The notes under the pieces: generated by a model
Told to the model about the DNA's origin: nothing
Databases searched by the model: none
What the model saw: the letters and a program-made list of their open reading frames with translations, nothing else
Translations under genes and position numbers: made by a program
Assembly (NCBI GenBank): GCA_965603825.1
Contig: CBFDEM010000018.1
Coordinates: 248,001 to 312,000, forward strand
DNA: 64,000 nucleotides
DNA from: Blepharisma stoltei ATCC 30299
Taxonomy: Eukaryota > Protista > Ciliophora
Direction: 5' to 3'
Part shown: piece after piece, positions 59,104 to 64,000 of the stretch
How positions within the stretch are numbered: position 1 is the stretch's first letter
How the letters are laid out: every line of letters starts with the position of its first letter

Positions 59104-61134
59104 TTAGTGTTTGGAGGAGGCAGAAGAATTTGAGGGATCATCACAATAATATGTAGAGTCATCTCTTTGTTTTTTTGTATCTATTAATGTTAAGTCTTTG
59201 AGCTCTTCATCTTCAGAATCGTCACAGATCACTTGGATGCTTGTTTTTCTTTCACGCCTGGACTGAGTTTTCGTGTCTTTTCTCGTATGATAATTATAAA
59301 TTTTTTTTTGTAAATTCAAATTCAGAGGAAATTGTTCTTCAGGCTCTCTTTCTATACCAACTATATTTATTTTATCAAATTTGCGCTGAATTCTTCTCGT
59401 TCTTCGCTTAGCTCTAGAACCCGTATATGGGTTTATCATTCTGTGGCGAGCTCTGTACTCTTCTACAGTTTTCATATCCACTCTGGAGCTAATGACCATA
59501 TTTGTACATTTTTTTGCGACATGCCCATTTTCATTGCAAAAATAACACTGTATCCCCAGAATTTTATAATTATTATCTTCACATGAAACTTTGAAAAATT
59601 GAAAAAGATCAAAAATTTCAGGCTGTTTTTGGAGTTTTTCAATCGCCATGACTCAGTCCAACGTCATCACTTCAGTAAAGCTTTCACATTGGGCTGAAGC
59701 TGTCCTTCTATGGCCTGTAAAAAAACCTATTTCACCGAATATTTCATTTTTATTAAGAATTATATAAGCACAGCCTGTATTTTGATGAAAAATGTTGACA
59801 GATCCTGTTGAAATAAAATAAAGTTTTCTACTTCTTTCACCTTCTGCTAATATTCCATCTCCTGGTGCAAATGTTTCTAATCTTAATAATTTTGTCATGG
59901 AAGTAATCGAACTCAAAGGAAAAAACTTTGGGAAAACCCTGCATCGCAACAAAATTTTGCCGTGCGTTCTTGAAGAAATTTCATCTCTTAGGTTGTCACT
60001 TAAAAGCTTAAGCACATCTTCTTCACCAAAGCAAGACTCCTGCTCTAATCCTACATAATCAATATATCGTTTCACTTTATCCTGCAGTTCTTTAGGAAGC
60101 CTAAGCTTTTTCATGTATCGATTGACACCTAGTGTTATGTCTCTTTTTTTTTGATCTGACTGATGGGATGCCATTACAATACTACTGATTTTTCCCAAAA
60201 GATATGCATAATAACCACATGTAATAACCATACACATGATAGCAACAAGCCTTTCAATGGAATTTAAAGCATGAATGTCTCCGTATCCTACTGTGTACAT
60301 GGTAGTAAAAGCTCAATAGAGAGTCGTTATGTACTTTTCTTGTAAAGAAATCCCCATCTCTTCTTCTAATTCTATACGAAATATTCAAGAACCTCTTGAA
60401 TCATTTTGTGAAGCTTTGCTGAAAGCATAAAATGTGCAAGCTGATCAATGAGCTATAAAAAATATTGTTAAGCTTGTTCAGGCAATTACAATAAAAACAG
60501 AAAATAATTCACTAGATAAAATTTCTTCAATCTTAACAAAAATTGATCTTAACTTCAATACCCTTGCTAGTTTAAAAATCCTTAAAAATCTTATTAATTT
60601 AAGTATTTTCAACAAACTTGCAGAGGGTGAGCCAGAAATAATGATTTCGTAGGGAAATGAAGATATTATGTCCAAAATAAATCAACTTTGCAAGTAATTA
60701 ATAGTAATTAGTTTTCGACTGTTTATTGTAATCCCACTTCTAAAAAACGTCGTATTAAAGCAAAGGCCAATATCAACAAAAAAAATCAATGAAATTGCTA
60801 TTTCAAAATTCAAATAAGAGCTACTAAGAGTATAGTCAAATGCTAGAGAAAAAGGTATAATAAATCCTTCATGCAAAACAGAAATTATGATCAGTATATC
60901 TCAAGCAACTCTTCAGCGATTTTCTTGATTAAATAAATATTTTTCGTCACAAGGTTTTTCATCTATTAAATTATTAAGGTGAAGTGTTTCAGTATTTTTC
61001 CTTTTAAGTGCTCTTGGCTCATCAATGCTTGATGGGGTGTTACTTTCTTTTATTCGGTTTATTTGTTCTTGTATTTCAAGTAGGTATTTCTGAGATTCTC
61101 CAAAAACAGCTGATTTTCTGCCTATTGTGTCCAT
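59104..61134 (-). CDS. Cyclic-nucleotide-binding-domain cation (K+) channel, 676 aa
   Basis: S4 LKILKLIRFLRIFKLAR, pore Y-TGA-AFTTMYTVGYGD, CNBD FGEIGFF..RRTAS, C-terminal CYFCNENGHVAKKC; eight in-frame TGA. Confidence 0.92.
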
Positions 61135-61970
61135 TATCAATTAATTTTTCAGATTAATATAAAGAAACATTATAAGGATTATATAAATGTTATGTTGGCC
61201 TTGAAATGGATAAAAATAAATATATTTTTGATGAAATTTGAATTAAAATGGAGCTTATCTTTTTATATTAAGAAAATTAACTAAATCTATTTAATCCTAC
61301 TTATAATACCTGAAATAAAGAGATTTATATTAAAAACAATTGAAAATAGTAAATTTATAAAAAATTTTAGGAATGCCCTATGAGATTACATTGACAATTT
61401 CTGCATATTTAGAAAATAAGATATTCAAAACTGTAATTATATTGTCTATAAAGTAGTGTCAAAAATGGCGATATGATGAATATTGGAACTAAAGAAAATA
61501 TAATTTGAGAATGGATCTAAAATGTTAGAATTTTCTCAGAGTTCTCATCAGCTGAATTCCTTATGAATTAAAGTCTTTAATTGTTAAGTAAATGATTTTG
61601 TTTTAAAGATAAAGAAAATAACAAAAAATACCTAAACATCTGAGGGGTTTAAATTGTATGGATAATGCTGAAATACTCCTAAGGCATTTGCATCTCTTTT
61701 AGTTATGAGGAATACCAAATATCCTTCAAATAAAATTTCTCGAAGATTTTAATGAAATTTTTCTTTTTATTTTACCTATCTTTATCTTTCCATTAATCAT
61801 TATGAGCTTATTTCAGATAAATAGAGTTTATTGTATAATTTACCTTAATGCTAATCTTAATTCGGCATGCACTTCACTTTTTCAAATCTGGAACTATATC
61901 CATTTAAAAATCCATCAAATGCATAAATTATCATATTCAGTTACTTTTACTATAAAATAAACTAACGAAT

Positions 61971-62387
61971 ATGGAAAATCTCTCTCTCCCTGAAGCACAG
62001 CTTCTTTATGCGATTTATAAACTAGAAAATGATGGCAGACTTAAGGAAGACGATAAAAAGAAACTAAAGCACATGGTCATTTCACAAGATGAAAGAGTCA
62101 TGAGACTCATTGATCAATATAAAGAAAATCAAAGCCAAGTCAGCTTATTCCAAGATATTCTTAAAATTGTAAAGCCAATAAGGCAAAAGCCTGAAACTGT
62201 GGCTATTCCTTCTCGAGATTTCACCAATGAAGACAGCAGCCCGCTTGGGAAGTTTCTGCATGAACAGAAGAAGAGGCAATCCAAGAATGAGGGATTAGCT
62301 TTATCGCTTCATAAAATGAGTGATGAAGTTGAAATATCTCCAAAAGAAGAAATGCCTATGAGAGAAATGCATCTGAATTTTATGTAA
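61971..62387 (+). CDS. Hypothetical protein
   Basis: 138-aa ATG ORF with coding-like composition. Confidence 0.7.
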   Translation: MENLSLPEAQLLYAIYKLENDGRLKEDDKKKLKHMVISQDERVMRLIDQYKENQSQVSLFQDILKIVKPIRQKPETVAIPSRDFTNEDSSPLGKFLHEQKKRQSKNEGLALSLHKMSDEVEISPKEEMPMREMHLNFM

Positions 62388-62451
62388 ATTCAGTTCTAGA
62401 TTATTTAAAAAATTGTTAAAAAAATAACAGGGATTTCTTAAATTTTTTATT

Positions 62452-63363
62452 TTAATTTATGTGTCCTACTTGGAATTCCCCTGATTCATTGGCTTCAGCA
62501 GCAATTTCCCATTGTCCATTCTCGTTTTCATGAGCTATACGAGTGATAAGGTCAGCTGACGAGATTCCTAATAAATTTCCTTCATTTCATGAAATTTTCA
62601 AAACTGGTACTTTTATGCTAAAAATAATTTCTGAATCCCAGCTTTCATTACTTGATGTTCATAAAATTACATTTCCATCTTCACCTGCGCTGATAATCCT
62701 ATACCCATAAAATGGCTTATACGGCAGTGCTGCTACATCTCGTACGCATCCAGAATGTTTTAATAGTTCATCAAAATGTAAATTTTCTTCATCCCATTTC
62801 CATACTTTTACAATCCCATCTGCTCCTCCTGTCACAAATCTTTTCTGCATTTCTATGGTGTCAAGAATACTTTGTGACACAGAAGGAAGCCAAAATACAG
62901 AAGATACACCTCCTTCATGAGCCATTAGCTTTGTTGACTCCCATCTATCATCTAATAGTCAGGTTATAAGTGAAATGCACCCATCTGCAGATCCTGCAAG
63001 CAAAACAAGCCCAAATTCATAAGGTGCCCAATCCAAAGATGTAATTGGAGCTTGGTGTTCTTCATATTCATATATAAGTGTCCATTTATTTTGAGCAGCT
63101 TCTTTTCATATAGCTACCTTTCTGTCTCCGCTTCCTGAAGCTAAAAGATTGCCAAACTGTGGGTGAGACCAAGATAGAGAAGTTACAGTAGCTTGATGAT
63201 AATTAATTTCAGAAATTTTATGCGCATTGTTATCCTCAATAAGGAAAACAGAAATTTTCCCATCTGAGCCACACGTAGCAAAGCGCCTTCCATAATAATC
63301 GAATTTTGTATCAAGAATCGCCCCTTCATGAGATGTTGCTACAGATGTTTTTGGAAAAGCCAT
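62452..63363 (-). CDS. SEC13: Sec13 (COPII/nucleoporin WD40 protein), 303 aa
   Basis: DYYGRRFATCGSD, WSHPQFGNLLASG, WAPYEFGLVL, RFVTGGAD, VRDVA; TGA=Trp at 63106, 62659 and 62587. Confidence 0.92.
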
Positions 63364-63371
63364 ATAAAAAT

Positions 63372-64000
63372 TTATCTTAATCTATCATAATTAGGGTTAT
63401 CGAAGTACCTTTTGAAGTGCTCGTACAGGTTTATATAAATATTGACTCCTAGCACCAATCTTCCAAGCCTAGGCCAAAGTCCATGTGTAAGGGTATGGAT
63501 GCCTTCGCGCTTCACAATCAGCTTGATCCCGCTAAAAGGAATTTTTTCTAAATGACTGTAGCAGCAATTTCTTGTTTGAAGTTTGGTTTTTATTACGTCA
63601 AAAGGATGAGTAATAAGAGCAGCAATTATCGCTCCTGTTGTGCAGCTTAAAGTTCTTGATATGTTAGGATGTGTGTCTTTATATTTTTTATGAATATTCT
63701 CCATGGTCATGAAAAAGGTTCCTGAGAACAATACGTCTCTGAGTAAAGTTACTCGAAGTCCTGAAAAGCCAGAAAAACTAAAAGTGAGTTGTCCTGAGCC
63801 TGTTCCCATTAAAGAGGTCTTAAATCTCTCAATTGGAGAAGACACAATTACAGCTGTAAGTTTTGATAGCATTGCAGATAATCCAGCACCAAGTGATCCA
63901 AATCAGTCATCTAATGGCGGTCGAAGTACTTCATAGAGCGAATAATGAACAATGTTGATGCTCAGCATAGAAACTAGTGATGGTGAGAGACCTCGCCATA
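63372..64000 (-). CDS. Mitochondrial carrier (SLC25A39/40, Mtm1-like), 5' end outside the window
   Basis: PIERFKT, LRDVLFSG, THPFDVIKTKLQ, WRGLSPSL; one TGA at 63903. Confidence 0.85.

Noticed and set aside
61473-61555. Possible C/D snoRNA (ATGATGA...CTGA)
   Set aside because: No convincing terminal stem or recognisable rRNA guide; such boxes occur by chance in AT-rich DNA.
3078-63363. Many split ORFs that look like pseudogenes or selenoproteins
   Set aside because: The breaks are TGA at conserved Trp positions or 15-nt introns; the frames are continuous.
624-63936. Antisense and nested short ORFs in the track (e.g. 8732-9109, 9728-10345, 22904-23365, 54041-54325)
   Set aside because: They are shadows of real genes with no motifs, and most use non-ATG starts.
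1-64000. Prokaryotic systems (CRISPR, operons, defence islands), rRNA or tRNA genes
   Set aside because: Eukaryotic gene content with spliceosomal introns; no repeat-spacer arrays, cloverleafs or rRNA-like segments seen.

Overview
Gene-dense, AT-rich eukaryotic DNA, almost certainly the somatic (macronuclear) genome of the heterotrich ciliate Blepharisma. Two properties explain the fragmented ORF track. (1) TGA is read as Trp: it sits in frame at invariant Trp positions (kinase DxW and HPW, MYB RW, PreP NAW, MORN, Prp39 GYW, Sec13). (2) Introns are tiny: I found 14 GT-AG introns of exactly 15 nt, all with A at position 10. Applying both rules gives about 34 protein genes. They include a tetraspanin, HPPD, four CDPK-family genes, RPS18, a Claspin/Mrc1-like protein, ALDH, DYRK, condensin CAP-G, PreP, glycogen debranching enzyme, aconitase, a CCP deglutamylase, a Spinster-type MFS transporter, a CaMKK-like kinase, GST, Prp39, an mL105/Ffh-M-domain-like protein, a CNBD cation channel, Sec13 and an SLC25 carrier. 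I saw no rRNA, tRNA, CRISPR array or transposase. The best lead is a 33-nt exception intron in the U1 snRNP gene PRP39. It has a donor fully complementary to U1, an internal anti-donor hexamer and a cryptic acceptor that would create a premature stop, so it may be an autoregulatory switch. Other leads are a TA-bounded 55-bp GC-rich palindrome, several intact pseudoenzymes (two CDPKs, a patatin, an ArfGAP), an SSXT+MYB fusion, a CBM48 insertion in the debranching enzyme, internally deleted pseudogenes, and intergenic spacers of only 8-23 bp. All family calls come from motif recognition by eye; no database search was run.
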